From positions 704,001-768,000 of the forward strand of contig OZ241892.1 in the NCBI GenBank assembly GCA_965203485.1: 64,000 nt of DNA. Reading direction: 5' to 3'. Source of the stretch: Longimicrobiales bacterium (lineage in GTDB: Bacteria; Gemmatimonadota; Gemmatimonadetes; Longimicrobiales; Gaopeijiaceae). The notes under the pieces were generated by a model that was given only the letters and a program-made list of their open reading frames with translations, was not told the DNA's origin and did not search any database. Below are positions 46,179 to 56,533 of this stretch, piece by piece (the stretch's first letter is position 1; each line of letters opens with the position of its first letter). Position numbers and translations under genes: made by a program.

Positions 46179-47387
46179 CTACGCCGCCGCGACCGTCTCC
46201 GCCATTTCCCGCAGGCCGACCGCCTCCACGCCGCCTCCCTTCGGGTACCGTTCGTCGCCTCCGTGGACCAGGAAGGCGCGGTCGGCGGGGATGTCGTCCA
46301 GCGCCGCACGGAACCCTCTCGGAACGGTTGGGGCGTTGCTTCGCTTCACCTCCATGGCCCACAAGCGGCCGCCCGGCATCTCCATCACGAGGTCGATCTC
46401 GGCCCCCGTAGCCGTGCGATAGAAGCTGGCCTGCGCTTCGGGGGCCGCGCGGATCAACGTCTCGACGGCGAAGCCCTCCCAGCTCGCGCCGGCGACCGGG
46501 TGCCCCAGCACGTCGTCGGCCGTGGCCAGCCGCAGCAGGGCGTGAACGAGGCCGCTGTCGCGGATGTAGACCTTCGGCGACTTGACCAGACGCTTGCGGA
46601 CGTTGGCGTGGAACGGCGGCAGGCGCCGCACCAGCAGGAGGTCCACCAGGAGGTCCAAGTAGCGGGCGACCGTCTTGCCGTCCACGGCCAAGCTGCGAGC
46701 CAGCCGCGCGCCGTTCCAGGTTCCGCCTTGGGAGTGGGCCAGCATGGTCCAGAAACGGCGCAGAGTAACGGCAGGGATGCGCGGCCCGAGTTGCGGTATG
46801 TCGCGCTCCAAGTACGTGCGGACGAAGTTCTCGCGCCACCCGGCGGAGGCCCGGTCGCCGGGCGCGAGGAAGGAACGGGGAAAGCCGCCCCTAGCCCAAA
46901 GGTCCAAGACTTCGTCCCCGCCGACTTCTCGGACATCCAAGGGCGGGAGTTCCAAGTAGCCGATCCGCCCCGCGAGGCTCTCGCTCGACTGGCGCAGCAG
47001 ATCGATGGAGGCCGAGCCCAGGAGCAGGAACTGGCCCGACGGCTCGCCGTCGCGAATGCGCTCGTCGATGATCCCTCGCAACACCGGGGACAACTCGGGC
47101 GTCCGATGGATTTCGTCGAGAATCACGAGGCGGTCCCGGACGGTCTCCAGGTACCCGGCGGCGTCGGACAGCCGGTCCAGGTGGGCTGGGTTTTCCAGGT
47201 CCAGGTACAGCGCCTCGCAAGGCGCGCCGCGTCCGCCGCCGGCCGGTGCGGGGCCCTCGTCCGCGACGGCTCGAGCCAGAGTGGTCTTGCCCGCTTGTCG
47301 CGGCCCGAGCAACCCGACGACCGGAAAGACGGCCAAGTACTCCCGCAGGCGCGTTGCCAGCAGGCGGGGGACGAATCGGTCGTTCAT
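46179..47387 (-). CDS. AAA_14 / DUF4143 ATP-binding protein
   Basis: GPRQAGKTT, VILDEIH, FLLLGSAS, ESLAGR, RGGFP, KRLVKSPKVYIRDSGL, SWEGF and YRT..GAEIDL motifs. Confidence 0.92.
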   Translation of the reverse strand: MNDRFVPRLLATRLREYLAVFPVVGLLGPRQAGKTTLARAVADEGPAPAGGGRGAPCEALYLDLENPAHLDRLSDAAGYLETVRDRLVILDEIHRTPELSPVLRGIIDERIRDGEPSGQFLLLGSASIDLLRQSSESLAGRIGYLELPPLDVREVGGDEVLDLWARGGFPRSFLAPGDRASAGWRENFVRTYLERDIPQLGPRIPAVTLRRFWTMLAHSQGGTWNGARLARSLAVDGKTVARYLDLLVDLLLVRRLPPFHANVRKRLVKSPKVYIRDSGLVHALLRLATADDVLGHPVAGASWEGFAVETLIRAAPEAQASFYRTATGAEIDLVMEMPGGRLWAMEVKRSNAPTVPRGFRAALDDIPADRAFLVHGGDERYPKGGGVEAVGLREMAETVAAA

Positions 47388-47390
47388 CCC

Positions 47391-47422
47391 TGCAATTATG
47401 GCACGACGGCCCGAGATTGCAA
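47391..47422 (-). promoter_or_regulatory. probable leaderless promoter with an overlapping inverted repeat, for the DUF4143 ATPase gene
   Basis: Minus strand TTGCAA-16 nt-CATAAT with an extended TG, then 7 nt to the ATG; TGCAAT/ATTGCA inverted repeat at 47391-47396 and 47416-47421. Confidence 0.55.
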
Positions 47423-47535
47423 GAGACCGAGCCCGCCGTCCGTGCCAATGCGTACGGCCAACCTAACGGGGGGGTGTCAACCTTTGGTCAACTTGGGCCG
47501 CTGATGCGGCCCGTCGCCTGGCGGCCGAGGTCGGC

Positions 47536-48606
47536 CTACCGAAACGCCGCCTGAATCTTCTCCAGCGCCGCCGCGCCCGGACACAGCTCCTCGAACGCGC
47601 AGTGCGCCAGCGGCTCGTCCACCGTGCCCTGGACGCGGTGGAAATCGGTCGCGCCCCGGCGTTCATCCGGCGGTTCCACATGCAGGAGTCCCGTCGCGAC
47701 TTCGCCGGCCCGCTGGCGCTCCCGGACGTAGGCGTAGACCCGGTCCCGGTCGCGGGGGTCGTAGTCCGCGGGCACCTTGCGGAACCGGATGCGGCTGCCG
47801 TCGTGCATGACGACGGTGCGCGCGTCGCCGGCCTTGTAGGTGGTCTCGATCTCGTCGGCCGGGGGCACGAAGTCGGCGTGCACGGCGGCGTTCACGTGCT
47901 CCCGCGTGTACTGGTAGCTCTTCGTGGAGCCGTGGTGGTCGTTGAAGGTGACGCAGGGCGAGATGACGTCGACCAACGCGAATCCCCGGTGGCGCAGGCC
48001 GGCCTTGAGAATGGGGACGAGCTGCTCCTTGTCGCCCGAGAAGCTCCTGGCCACGAAGCCCGCGCCCAGGCTGAGCGCGAGCAGCACGGGATCGATGGGA
48101 TGCTCGCGGCTCACCTGCCCGCGCTTGGCCTTCGAGCCTCGGTCGGCCGACGCCGAGAACTGGCCCTTGGTCAGGCCGTACACGCCGTTGTTCTCCAGCA
48201 CGTACAGCATGTTCACGTTGCGGCGGACGACATGGGCGAACTGGCCCATGCCGATCGACAGGCTGTCGCCGTCGCCGGACACGCCGATGCACATCAGCTC
48301 CCGGTTGGCCGCGTGCGCGCCCGTGGTGATGGAGGGCATCCGGCCGTGGACGGCGTTGAACCCGTGTGCCTCCTTGAGGAAGTAGGCCGGCGTCTTGCCG
48401 CTGCAGCCGATCCCCGAGGTCTTGGCGACCTTGTGGGGCTCGACGTCCATCTCCCAGAACGCTTGCACAATGGCCGCGGTGATGGAGTCGTGGCCGCATC
48501 CGGCGCACAGCGTGGACATGCCGCCTTCGTAGTCGCGGCGCGTCAGGCCCAGCCGGTTCTTGACGAGTCCGGGGTGCGCGACCCGGGGCTTGGCGATGTG
48601 GGTCAC
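47536..48606 (-). CDS. 2-oxoacid:ferredoxin oxidoreductase beta subunit
   Basis: LCAGCGHDS, SGIGCSGK, HGRMPS, GDGD....IG, NNGVYGLTKGQFS and SPCVTFN motifs. Confidence 0.93.
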   Translation of the reverse strand: MTHIAKPRVAHPGLVKNRLGLTRRDYEGGMSTLCAGCGHDSITAAIVQAFWEMDVEPHKVAKTSGIGCSGKTPAYFLKEAHGFNAVHGRMPSITTGAHAANRELMCIGVSGDGDSLSIGMGQFAHVVRRNVNMLYVLENNGVYGLTKGQFSASADRGSKAKRGQVSREHPIDPVLLALSLGAGFVARSFSGDKEQLVPILKAGLRHRGFALVDVISPCVTFNDHHGSTKSYQYTREHVNAAVHADFVPPADEIETTYKAGDARTVVMHDGSRIRFRKVPADYDPRDRDRVYAYVRERQRAGEVATGLLHVEPPDERRGATDFHRVQGTVDEPLAHCAFEELCPGAAALEKIQAAFR

Positions 48607-48613
48607 GGCGGCG

Positions 48614-50719
48614 TCATCCTCCGGGCGAGGCGGCGGCCGCCGCCTCGGCTAGCGTCCGCAGGTAAGGCTCTATGGCGTCCATCACGTGATGGCAGCTCAG
48701 GGGCAACCCCCCGTAGTAGAGCACCGGGACCAGCCGGTCCTTGGACGCTCCGGTCTCGGCGGCGAGCAGCTTGCGGAGCTGGCCGTCGCGGTTCTGCTCG
48801 ACGACAAAGTTGGTCTCGTGGCGGGCCAAGAAGGACTCCACTTCCGGATGGAACGGGAAGGCGCGAACCCGGAGAAAGTCCGCGGCGATTCCGCGCCGGG
48901 CCAGCTCGTCCATGGCCTCGAGCACGGCGCCGCGGCAACCGCCGATCGTGACGAGCCCGATGCGCCCCCCGGCGGCCTCGGCCGCAACCCTCTCCGCGGG
49001 GCCGGACTGTCCGTTCGCCGCCGTGCCCGCGCCCGCGCTCGGACGCCCGTTGGCGCCCGTGCCCGCTTCGGCCCCGTCCCTTCCGCTCGCCGCCGCGTCC
49101 GCGTCCTGGCCGCCTTCCGCCGCCGAGGCTTCCGCCCACGCGATCTCCGGCGGCGGCAGGCGCGAAACCGCTCCCTCGATCTTGCGCGCCAGCCGGTCCA
49201 GCACGTCCGAGTACGGCTCCGAGTCCTCCGTGTAGGCCCCGTAGCGGTCGTGCCCCGACCCGCGCGTCACGAACGCGCCGTTGGGATGCACGCCGGGCAG
49301 CGTGCGTGCGGGGATGCCGTCGCCGTCCTTGTCCAGGTAGCGGTGGAACGTCCGGGTCTCCTCCAGCTGGGCCGCGGACAGCACCTTCCCCCGGTCGGGC
49401 CGGTAGGCGTCGTCCCACTCCAGCTTCGGCACGACCCAGTCGTTCATGCCGATGTCCAGGTCGGTCAGAACGAACACCGGCGTCTGCAGGCGCTCCGCCA
49501 AGTCGAACGCCTCGACCGCGAAGTCGAAGCACTCGCGAGGATCGGCCGGAAAGAGGACCACGTGCTTGGTGTCGCCGTGCGACGCGTAGGCCGCGAATTG
49601 AAGGTCGCCTTGCTGGGTGCGCGTGGGCATCCCCGTGGACGGTCCGACGCGCTGCACGTCGAAGAACACCGACGGCACCTCGGCGTAGTAGGCCAATCCG
49701 ATGAACTCGCTCATCAGCGACAATCCAGCGCCGCTCGTGGACGTGAAGGCGCGCGCGCCCGCCCAGGCGGCCCCCACCACCATTCCCGCCGCCGCCAGCT
49801 CGTCTTCGGCCTGCACGATGGCGAAGCGGTTCTTGCCCGTGCCGGGTTCCTTGCGGTGCTTGCCGCAGAAGGCGGCGAAGGCGTCCACCAGCGACGTGGA
49901 AGGCGTGATCGGGTACCAGGCGGCCACCGTCGCGCCCGCGTACATGCAACCCAGCGCGGCCGCGGTGTTGCCGTCCACGAGGATCGAGTCATCGTTGCCC
50001 GCCATGGGCTCCAGGCGCACGGGCAAGGGGCAGTCGAAGCGCTCGCGGGCGTAGTCGTGCCCCAGCGCGATCGCGCGGAAGTTGGCGTCCAGCAGCTTGG
50101 GCTTGGCGGAGAACGTCTCGCGCAGGAGCTCCTTGACCACGTCCAGGTGGATGTCCAGAAGAGCCGCCAGCGCTCCAACGTAGCAGATGTTCTTCATGAG
50201 GATGCGCGTGCGCGATCCCTCGAAGTTCTCCACGGTCATCCGGGCCAGGGGAACGCCCAGAAAGGTCACGTCGTCCCTGTCCAGTCCGCGCGGCAGGGGC
50301 CAGCTGGAGTCGTGGAGGACCCAGCCGCCCGGTGCCGTCTCGGCGACGTCGCGGGCGTAGCTCTCAGGGTTCATGGCCACGACGACGTCGAAGCGCGCCG
50401 TGCGGGCGGTGTGGCCGCGCGCGTTGGCGCGGATCTCGTACCAAGTGGGCAGGCCTTGGATGTTGGACGGGAAGAGGTTCTTCCCGGACACCGGGACGCC
50501 CATGCGAAAGATTGCCCGGCGAAGCAGGCCGTTCGCGCTCGCGGAGCCCGTGCCGTTGACGGTGCCGATCTTGAAGGCCAGGTCGTTGACTCGCGGCCGG
50601 GGCGGGGGTGCGGGACCGCCGGACGCCGATTCGGACGCGCGCGGCCCTGCGGCGGGCTCGCCCGCGCTTGCCGTGGACGGAGGGCTGCCGGCGGGGCTGG
50701 CGGCCGGGGGACGCGGCAT
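48614..50719 (-). CDS. 2-oxoacid:acceptor oxidoreductase alpha subunit
   Basis: VNGTGSASAN, FPSNIQGLPTW, WYPITPS, QAEDELAA, TSTSGAG and QRVGPSTGMPTRTQQ motifs; start at ATG 50719 is approximate. Confidence 0.92.
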   Translation of the reverse strand: MPRPPAASPAGSPPSTASAGEPAAGPRASESASGGPAPPPRPRVNDLAFKIGTVNGTGSASANGLLRRAIFRMGVPVSGKNLFPSNIQGLPTWYEIRANARGHTARTARFDVVVAMNPESYARDVAETAPGGWVLHDSSWPLPRGLDRDDVTFLGVPLARMTVENFEGSRTRILMKNICYVGALAALLDIHLDVVKELLRETFSAKPKLLDANFRAIALGHDYARERFDCPLPVRLEPMAGNDDSILVDGNTAAALGCMYAGATVAAWYPITPSTSLVDAFAAFCGKHRKEPGTGKNRFAIVQAEDELAAAGMVVGAAWAGARAFTSTSGAGLSLMSEFIGLAYYAEVPSVFFDVQRVGPSTGMPTRTQQGDLQFAAYASHGDTKHVVLFPADPRECFDFAVEAFDLAERLQTPVFVLTDLDIGMNDWVVPKLEWDDAYRPDRGKVLSAAQLEETRTFHRYLDKDGDGIPARTLPGVHPNGAFVTRGSGHDRYGAYTEDSEPYSDVLDRLARKIEGAVSRLPPPEIAWAEASAAEGGQDADAAASGRDGAEAGTGANGRPSAGAGTAANGQSGPAERVAAEAAGGRIGLVTIGGCRGAVLEAMDELARRGIAADFLRVRAFPFHPEVESFLARHETNFVVEQNRDGQLRKLLAAETGASKDRLVPVLYYGGLPLSCHHVMDAIEPYLRTLAEAAAAASPGG

Positions 50720-50756
50720 CAGCGCGGCGGTGGCGGAAACCGTGCCGGCGAAGAAC

Positions 50757-52598
50757 TCACGCAGAGGCCGGGGCGGCGGCGGGTTGTGCTTCCGGACGCA
50801 TGATCTGCCCGCCGTGCAGTCCGCCCGCCTCCAGCCCGGCATAGGGGATCAGCAGATCGGACTTGCGCATGTCCCAGGCGGCCGTTGGACATCGCTCGGC
50901 GCATAGTCCGCAGTGAATGCACAAGTCTTCGTCCTTCACCATGACGCGCGCCGTCTGGGGCAGGTCCTCCGACACGAACAGCGGTTGCTCCGGATGGAGC
51001 AGAGGCGCCGTGAGCCGCTTCGCCAGCTCTTCCTCCGGCCCGTTGCGCGTGATCGTCAGGCAGTCCAGGGGGCAGATGTCTATGCATGCGTCGCACTCTA
51101 TGCACAGAGGCGCTTCGAAGTGGGTCTGCACGTCGCAGTTGAGGCAACGCTCCACCTCGGCCAAGGACTGCTCCAGGTCGAATCCCTCCTCGACCTCGAT
51201 GTCCAGCCTAGCGAACCGCTCCTGCAAGTCCACGTGGCGCATCTTCGCGCGCTGGGCTTCGTCGTAGTCGTTGGAGTAGGTCCACTCGTGCAGTCCCATC
51301 TTCTGACTGACCAAGTTCATGCCGTAGGCGGGCCGGGAGTCCAGCGCCTCTCCGTTGCAGTACGCGTGAATCGAGATGGCGGCTTGGTGGCCGTGCTCGA
51401 CGGCCCATATGATGTTCTCCGGCCCCCAGGCGGCGTCGCCGCCCGCGAACACGCCAGGGCGCGTGGTCATGAAGGTAGTCTTGTCGACCACCGGCATGTC
51501 CCACTCGTTGAACTCGATTCCAATGTCGCGCTCGATCCACGGAAACGCTGTGTCCTGCCCAATCGCCAGAACCACCTCGTCGCAGGGGATCACCTTGCTG
51601 CCCACCGTCTCGCTCTTGAGCCTGCCGCCGTCGCCCTCGCTCCAACGCACCAGCTCGAACTCCATGCCCACGAGCCTGCCGTCCTCCACCACGAAGCGGG
51701 CCGGCGAGTGGTTCTCCAGAATCTCCACCCGTTCCTCGATGGCGTCGTCGAGCTCCCACGGCGAAGCCTTGAAGTACGGCTTGGTCTTGCGCGCCATCAC
51801 CTTCACGTCCTCGGCGCCGAGCCGTTGCGCCGTCCGGCAACAGTCCATGGCCGTGTTGCCGACGCCGATCACGAGCACGCGCTCGCCGCACCGCTCGACG
51901 TGCCCGAAGCGCACCGACTCCAGCCAGTCGATGCCGATGTGGACCTGCGACGGCGCGTCCCAGCGGCCGGGAATGTCCAGCTCCTTGCCCTTCGGCGCCC
52001 CCGACCCGACGAACACGGCGTCGAAGTCGAGGCCCAGAAGGTCCGCCATGCTGTCCACCGGCGCGTCCAGGCGCATGTCCACGCCCATGTCCGTGACGTA
52101 GGCGATCTCCTCCCACAGCACCTTGGCCGGCAACCGAAACTCTGGAATGTTCGTCCACATGAGCCCGCCCGGCTTCGCCAGCTTCTCGAAGATCACGACC
52201 TCGTAGCCCAAGGGCATGAGATCGTTGGCCACGGTCAGCGATGCCGGCCCCGCGCCCACGCAAGCGATGCGCCTGCCGTTCTTTTCGGCCGGAACCGAGG
52301 GCAGGAAGGGGCGGACATCGTCGCGCAGGTCGGCGGCCACGCGCTTCAACCGGCAGATGGCCACCGGTTCGCCGTCCAGCCGCACCCGCCGGCAAACCGG
52401 CTCGCAGGGCCGGTCGCACGTGCGCCCGAGGATTCCCGGAAAGACGTTCGACTTGCGGTTGAGCAGGTACGACTCCGTATACCGCCCGTTCGCCACCAGC
52501 CGGATGTACTCCGGAACGTCCGTGCCGGCGGGACACCCCCACTGGCAGTCCACCACGCGATGGTAGTAGCGCGGGTCCCGCGTGTCGGTGGGCTTCAT
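50757..52598 (-). CDS. GltD-like FAD-dependent oxidoreductase with C-terminal 4Fe-4S ferredoxin domain
   Basis: CQWGCP, GRTCDRPCEPVCRR, VGAGPAS, IGVGNTAMDC, VFAGGD, CIECDACIDICP and CIHCGLCAERCP motifs. Confidence 0.92.
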   Translation of the reverse strand: MKPTDTRDPRYYHRVVDCQWGCPAGTDVPEYIRLVANGRYTESYLLNRKSNVFPGILGRTCDRPCEPVCRRVRLDGEPVAICRLKRVAADLRDDVRPFLPSVPAEKNGRRIACVGAGPASLTVANDLMPLGYEVVIFEKLAKPGGLMWTNIPEFRLPAKVLWEEIAYVTDMGVDMRLDAPVDSMADLLGLDFDAVFVGSGAPKGKELDIPGRWDAPSQVHIGIDWLESVRFGHVERCGERVLVIGVGNTAMDCCRTAQRLGAEDVKVMARKTKPYFKASPWELDDAIEERVEILENHSPARFVVEDGRLVGMEFELVRWSEGDGGRLKSETVGSKVIPCDEVVLAIGQDTAFPWIERDIGIEFNEWDMPVVDKTTFMTTRPGVFAGGDAAWGPENIIWAVEHGHQAAISIHAYCNGEALDSRPAYGMNLVSQKMGLHEWTYSNDYDEAQRAKMRHVDLQERFARLDIEVEEGFDLEQSLAEVERCLNCDVQTHFEAPLCIECDACIDICPLDCLTITRNGPEEELAKRLTAPLLHPEQPLFVSEDLPQTARVMVKDEDLCIHCGLCAERCPTAAWDMRKSDLLIPYAGLEAGGLHGGQIMRPEAQPAAAPASA

Positions 52599-52936
52599 GG
52601 GACAGGAATCTAGTGGCCGGGCCGACGGGGCGCCAATACCGGTGGCGTCGTCACTTGCCCTGCCGCGCCCGGGCGCACTCCTGCGCCGGCCTGGTGCGCC
52701 AATCCACGGGAACGCGCCATGCGCGACGCCATCTACCATTCATCGCGATTTATGGCATGAAGCATTTCTCGTGCCATCCTGCCCGGCGCTTCCATGTCCG
52801 AGTTCGTTGCCTAACGCGGTAACGGTCGAAAGAATGAAGGCCGGACTTCGCTGTGGCGACGTCGGCTTCCGACGCGAGCGGTTCCGCCACGAGCCGGCCG
52901 GCTCATGTCGACGCAACGACCTTCGAGGAGGCTCCG

Positions 52937-55900
52937 ATGACTCTCGCAGTTTCGCCGCCCGCCGCCGCCCGCCGTTTCCGCCGCCGTGGCGCCGTTGCCG
53001 CACTGGCCCATGCACTCGCTCCCTTCGCCTTGGCGCTCGCCCTTGTCGGCGCCGGGCGAGCCCAGCTTGCCGCCGTTGCCCAGCTCCCCGTTGCCGGTCA
53101 AGGCTCCCGGACCCCCGGCGAGGCTGTTCTGGCCGGCCTGAGGCTCCGCCCCCTCGGCCCCGCGTTCATGTCCGGCCGCATCGCCGACATCGCCGTGGAC
53201 CCCGCCGACCGAAGCACGTGGTACGTGGCGACGGCGTCGTCCAACGTCTGGAAGACCGAGAACCGGGGAACCACCTGGACGCCCGTCTTCGACGACTACC
53301 CGTCCTATTCCATTGGGGCCGTGGCCGTCGATCCCAACGACTCCAACGTCATCTGGCTGGGCACGGGCGAGAACACCAGCCAGCGGAGCGTCGGCTGGGG
53401 CGACGGCGTCTACAAGAGCTTGGACGGCGGCCGCGCGTGGGCGAACACGGGCCTTCGCGCGTCGGAGCACGTGGGCAAGATCGTCGTGGACCCGCGGGAC
53501 TCGGACGTGGTCTACGTGGCGGCGATGGGCGGGCTGTGGGCGCCGGGGGGCGACCGCGGGCTGTTCAAGACCACGGACGGCGGGGCGAGCTGGGCTCCCG
53601 TGCTGCAGGTCAGCGAGCACACCGGGATCGCCGACGTGCACCTGGACCCGCGCGACCCCGACATCCTCTACGCGGTGGCCTACCAGCGGCGCAGGCACGT
53701 GGGCGTTCTGGTGGCCGGCGGTCCCGAATCGGGCATCTGGAAGAGCGCGGACGGCGGCGTCACGTGGCGCGACGTGTCCGGGGGACTGCCGGAGGGCGAC
53801 CTGGGCCGGATCGCGTTGGCCGTGTCGCCGGTGGACCCGGACGTGGTCTACGCCTTGGCCGCCGCCACCGAGGATCGAAGCGGCTTCTACCGCTCGCCGG
53901 ACCGCGCCGAGTCCTGGGTCCGGATGTCCGACTACATCGTGGTGGACCCGCAGTACTACGGCGAGCTGTACCCGGACCCCCACCGCATGGACCGCGTCTA
54001 CGCGGCGGACGTGCTGCTCCACGTCACCGACGACGGAGGGCGCACCTTCGAGCCCGTCAACACGCGCTTCAAGCACGTGGACAACCACGCCGTCGTCTTC
54101 GATCCGGACGACCCGGAGTACCTGCTCGTGGGCACCGACGGCGGCATCTACGAGTCCTTCGACCGGGCGAAGACGTGGCGGTACGCGGCGAACCTGCCGC
54201 TCACCCAGTTCTACCGGGTCGGGCTGGACGACGCCGCGCCGTTCTACACCGTCTACGGCGGTACCCAGGACAACTCCTCCGTGGGCGGACCCTCGCGGAC
54301 GGCCAACATCCACGGCATCCGCAACAGCGACTGGTTCGTGACGCGCGGGGGCGACGGCTTTCAGGTGCGGGTCGAGCCCGGCAACCCGAACATCGTCTAC
54401 ACCCAGTCGCAGTACGCGGGCATCGTGCGCTACGACCGGGCCAGCGGCGAGACCGTGGACGTTCAGCCCCAGCCGGAAGCCGGAGAAGGCGCATTGCGCT
54501 GGCACTGGGACGCGCCGCTGGCGATCAGCCCGCACAATCCGCGCCGGGTCTGGTTCGCCGCCCAGAAGCTCTTCCGCTCCGACGACCGGGCCGGCAGCTG
54601 GACCGCCGTCAGCGGAGACCTGAGCCGCGGGCTGGACCGGAACCAGCGGCCCGTGATGGGACGAATCTGGCCGCCGGAGGCCGTGTGGAAGAACGTCTTC
54701 ACGTCTCCCTACGGGACCATCGTGGCGCTGGACGAGTCGCCGCTCGCCGAAGGGCTGCTCTACGTGGGCACGGACGACGGGCTGGTGCAGGTGAGCGAGG
54801 ACGGCGGCGGCGCTTGGCGGCGGCACGAGGAGTTTCCCGGCGTCCCCGCTATGGCCTACGTGGCCGACGTGGTCGCCTCGCGCCACTCCCCGGACCGCGT
54901 CTACGCCGTCTTCAACAACCACAAGGAGGGGGACTTCCGGCCGTACGTGGCCCGGAGCGAAGACCGAGGAGCGACATGGCGGGACGTCGCGGGCGACTTG
55001 CCGGAGGGACAGGCGGCGTGGACTCTGGCCGAGGACCACGTGGACCCGAACCTGCTGTTCCTGGGGACGGAGTTCGGCCTCTTCGCGACCTTCGACGGAA
55101 CGGCCCCGGGCGGTCGCGGGCCGGACGGCGGCCCCTCGTGGGTGCGGCTGAACGGCGGCCTGCCCACGATCGCCGTGCGGGACCTGGAGATCCAACGGCG
55201 CGAGAACGACTTGGTCTTGGCGACGTTCGGTCGCGGCTTCTACGTGCTGGACGACTACTCGCCGCTGCGCTTCATGGGCGAGGCGCTGGCAACGGAACGG
55301 ACCTACTTGTTTCCGGTGAAGGACGCGTGGGCCTACGTCCCGAGCCGGCCCATGGGCGGACAGGAGAAGGGGACGATGGGCGACGCCTTCTTCGCCGCGC
55401 CGAACCCGCCCTTCGGCGCCGTCTTCACCTACTATCTCCCGCGCGACCTGGAGTCGGCCAAGGAACGCCGCAAGCGGGAGGAGCGCGAGCGGCTGGCCCG
55501 CGGGGAGGAGATCGCGTACCCCGAGCGGGCCGCGCTGGCGGCCGAGGACGTGGAGAGGCCGCCGGAGATGCTGCTGGTGGTGTCCGGCGAGGCAGGCGAA
55601 GTCGTGCGGCGAATTCCCGGTCCGCGCCGGGCGGGGCTCCACAGGGTGGCGTGGAACCTGCGGTACGCCTCGACTGCGCCGCCCCGGCCCGGCAACGGGG
55701 AAAGGGACGGCCCCATGGTCGCGCCCGGCGTCTTCTCGGTTCGGCCGGTCGTCGTTCGCGCGGGGGAGCACGAGGAGCAGGCCCCGCCCCGGTCGTTCCG
55801 CGTCGTGCCCCTCGGGACGGCCACTCTGCCCGCCGCCGACCGGGACGCCCTCCTCGCCTTCCAGCGGGAGGTGGCGGCCCTCCAGCGCGTCGCGCTCGCC

Positions 55901-56323
55901 GTGGAGCGGGCGGCTCGGGAGACCGGCGAGCGTCTCGGCCTCCTTCGTCGCGCCGTCCGCGCGGGAGCGGGCCTGGACGCGGCTTCCTACGAGCCGCGCA
56001 TCGCCGCCATCGAGGCTCGCCTCTTCGACCTCCGCCGCGTCCTCTCCCGCGACCGCTCGGCCCTCGACCGGGCCGAGTTCGCGCCCCCGTCGGTCATCGA
56101 CAGGATCGGGCGCGTCGCGCGGACCGGCTTCACCGCCACGTCCGCGCCCACCACGACTCACCGGGCCAGCCTGGCGGTGGCGTCGGACCAACTGGCCAGC
56201 GTGTCGGAAGCGTTGCGCGCACTGGTGGAAGAGGAACTGGGCGCGCTCGAAAGGGAGCTGGAAGCCGCCGGCGTCCCTTGGACCCCCGGGCGACCGATCC
56301 CCCGGTGGCCGCCGCCCGCCTAG
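52937..56323 (+). CDS. secreted BNR/Asp-box (VPS10/sortilin-like, GH74-like fold) beta-propeller protein
   Basis: GAGGAGG Shine-Dalgarno before ATG 52937; signal peptide; GPAFMSGRIADI; repeated S/T-x-D-G-G-x-x-W boxes; GGTQDN; LATFGRGF. Confidence 0.88.
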   Translation: MTLAVSPPAAARRFRRRGAVAALAHALAPFALALALVGAGRAQLAAVAQLPVAGQGSRTPGEAVLAGLRLRPLGPAFMSGRIADIAVDPADRSTWYVATASSNVWKTENRGTTWTPVFDDYPSYSIGAVAVDPNDSNVIWLGTGENTSQRSVGWGDGVYKSLDGGRAWANTGLRASEHVGKIVVDPRDSDVVYVAAMGGLWAPGGDRGLFKTTDGGASWAPVLQVSEHTGIADVHLDPRDPDILYAVAYQRRRHVGVLVAGGPESGIWKSADGGVTWRDVSGGLPEGDLGRIALAVSPVDPDVVYALAAATEDRSGFYRSPDRAESWVRMSDYIVVDPQYYGELYPDPHRMDRVYAADVLLHVTDDGGRTFEPVNTRFKHVDNHAVVFDPDDPEYLLVGTDGGIYESFDRAKTWRYAANLPLTQFYRVGLDDAAPFYTVYGGTQDNSSVGGPSRTANIHGIRNSDWFVTRGGDGFQVRVEPGNPNIVYTQSQYAGIVRYDRASGETVDVQPQPEAGEGALRWHWDAPLAISPHNPRRVWFAAQKLFRSDDRAGSWTAVSGDLSRGLDRNQRPVMGRIWPPEAVWKNVFTSPYGTIVALDESPLAEGLLYVGTDDGLVQVSEDGGGAWRRHEEFPGVPAMAYVADVVASRHSPDRVYAVFNNHKEGDFRPYVARSEDRGATWRDVAGDLPEGQAAWTLAEDHVDPNLLFLGTEFGLFATFDGTAPGGRGPDGGPSWVRLNGGLPTIAVRDLEIQRRENDLVLATFGRGFYVLDDYSPLRFMGEALATERTYLFPVKDAWAYVPSRPMGGQEKGTMGDAFFAAPNPPFGAVFTYYLPRDLESAKERRKREERERLARGEEIAYPERAALAAEDVERPPEMLLVVSGEAGEVVRRIPGPRRAGLHRVAWNLRYASTAPPRPGNGERDGPMVAPGVFSVRPVVVRAGEHEEQAPPRSFRVVPLGTATLPAADRDALLAFQREVAALQRVALAVERAARETGERLGLLRRAVRAGAGLDAASYEPRIAAIEARLFDLRRVLSRDRSALDRAEFAPPSVIDRIGRVARTGFTATSAPTTTHRASLAVASDQLASVSEALRALVEEELGALERELEAAGVPWTPGRPIPRWPPPA

Positions 56324-56533
56324 CCCGCCCGTCGATGGCCGTGTTGCCGCCCTCGACCGCCGGACCGGCGTGGACTGCGACTTATTGTCCGACGATGAAC
56401 GCCCTGCCCTGCGAACGGTCATCGAACGCTGTCCCCAATGGCCCCCACCGCCCGCGCCGTACACGCCGTTCGCGAACGAGACGGTGTTATTGTTGCGCCT
56501 GAACCCGGCGACCCCTCTGCCAAGGAGACGAAA

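Noticed and set aside
56438..56533. Longer 95-aa version of the RiPP precursor starting at ATG 56438
   Set aside because: GTG 56534 has a well-spaced AAGGAG, whereas the upstream ATG lacks a Shine-Dalgarno sequence.
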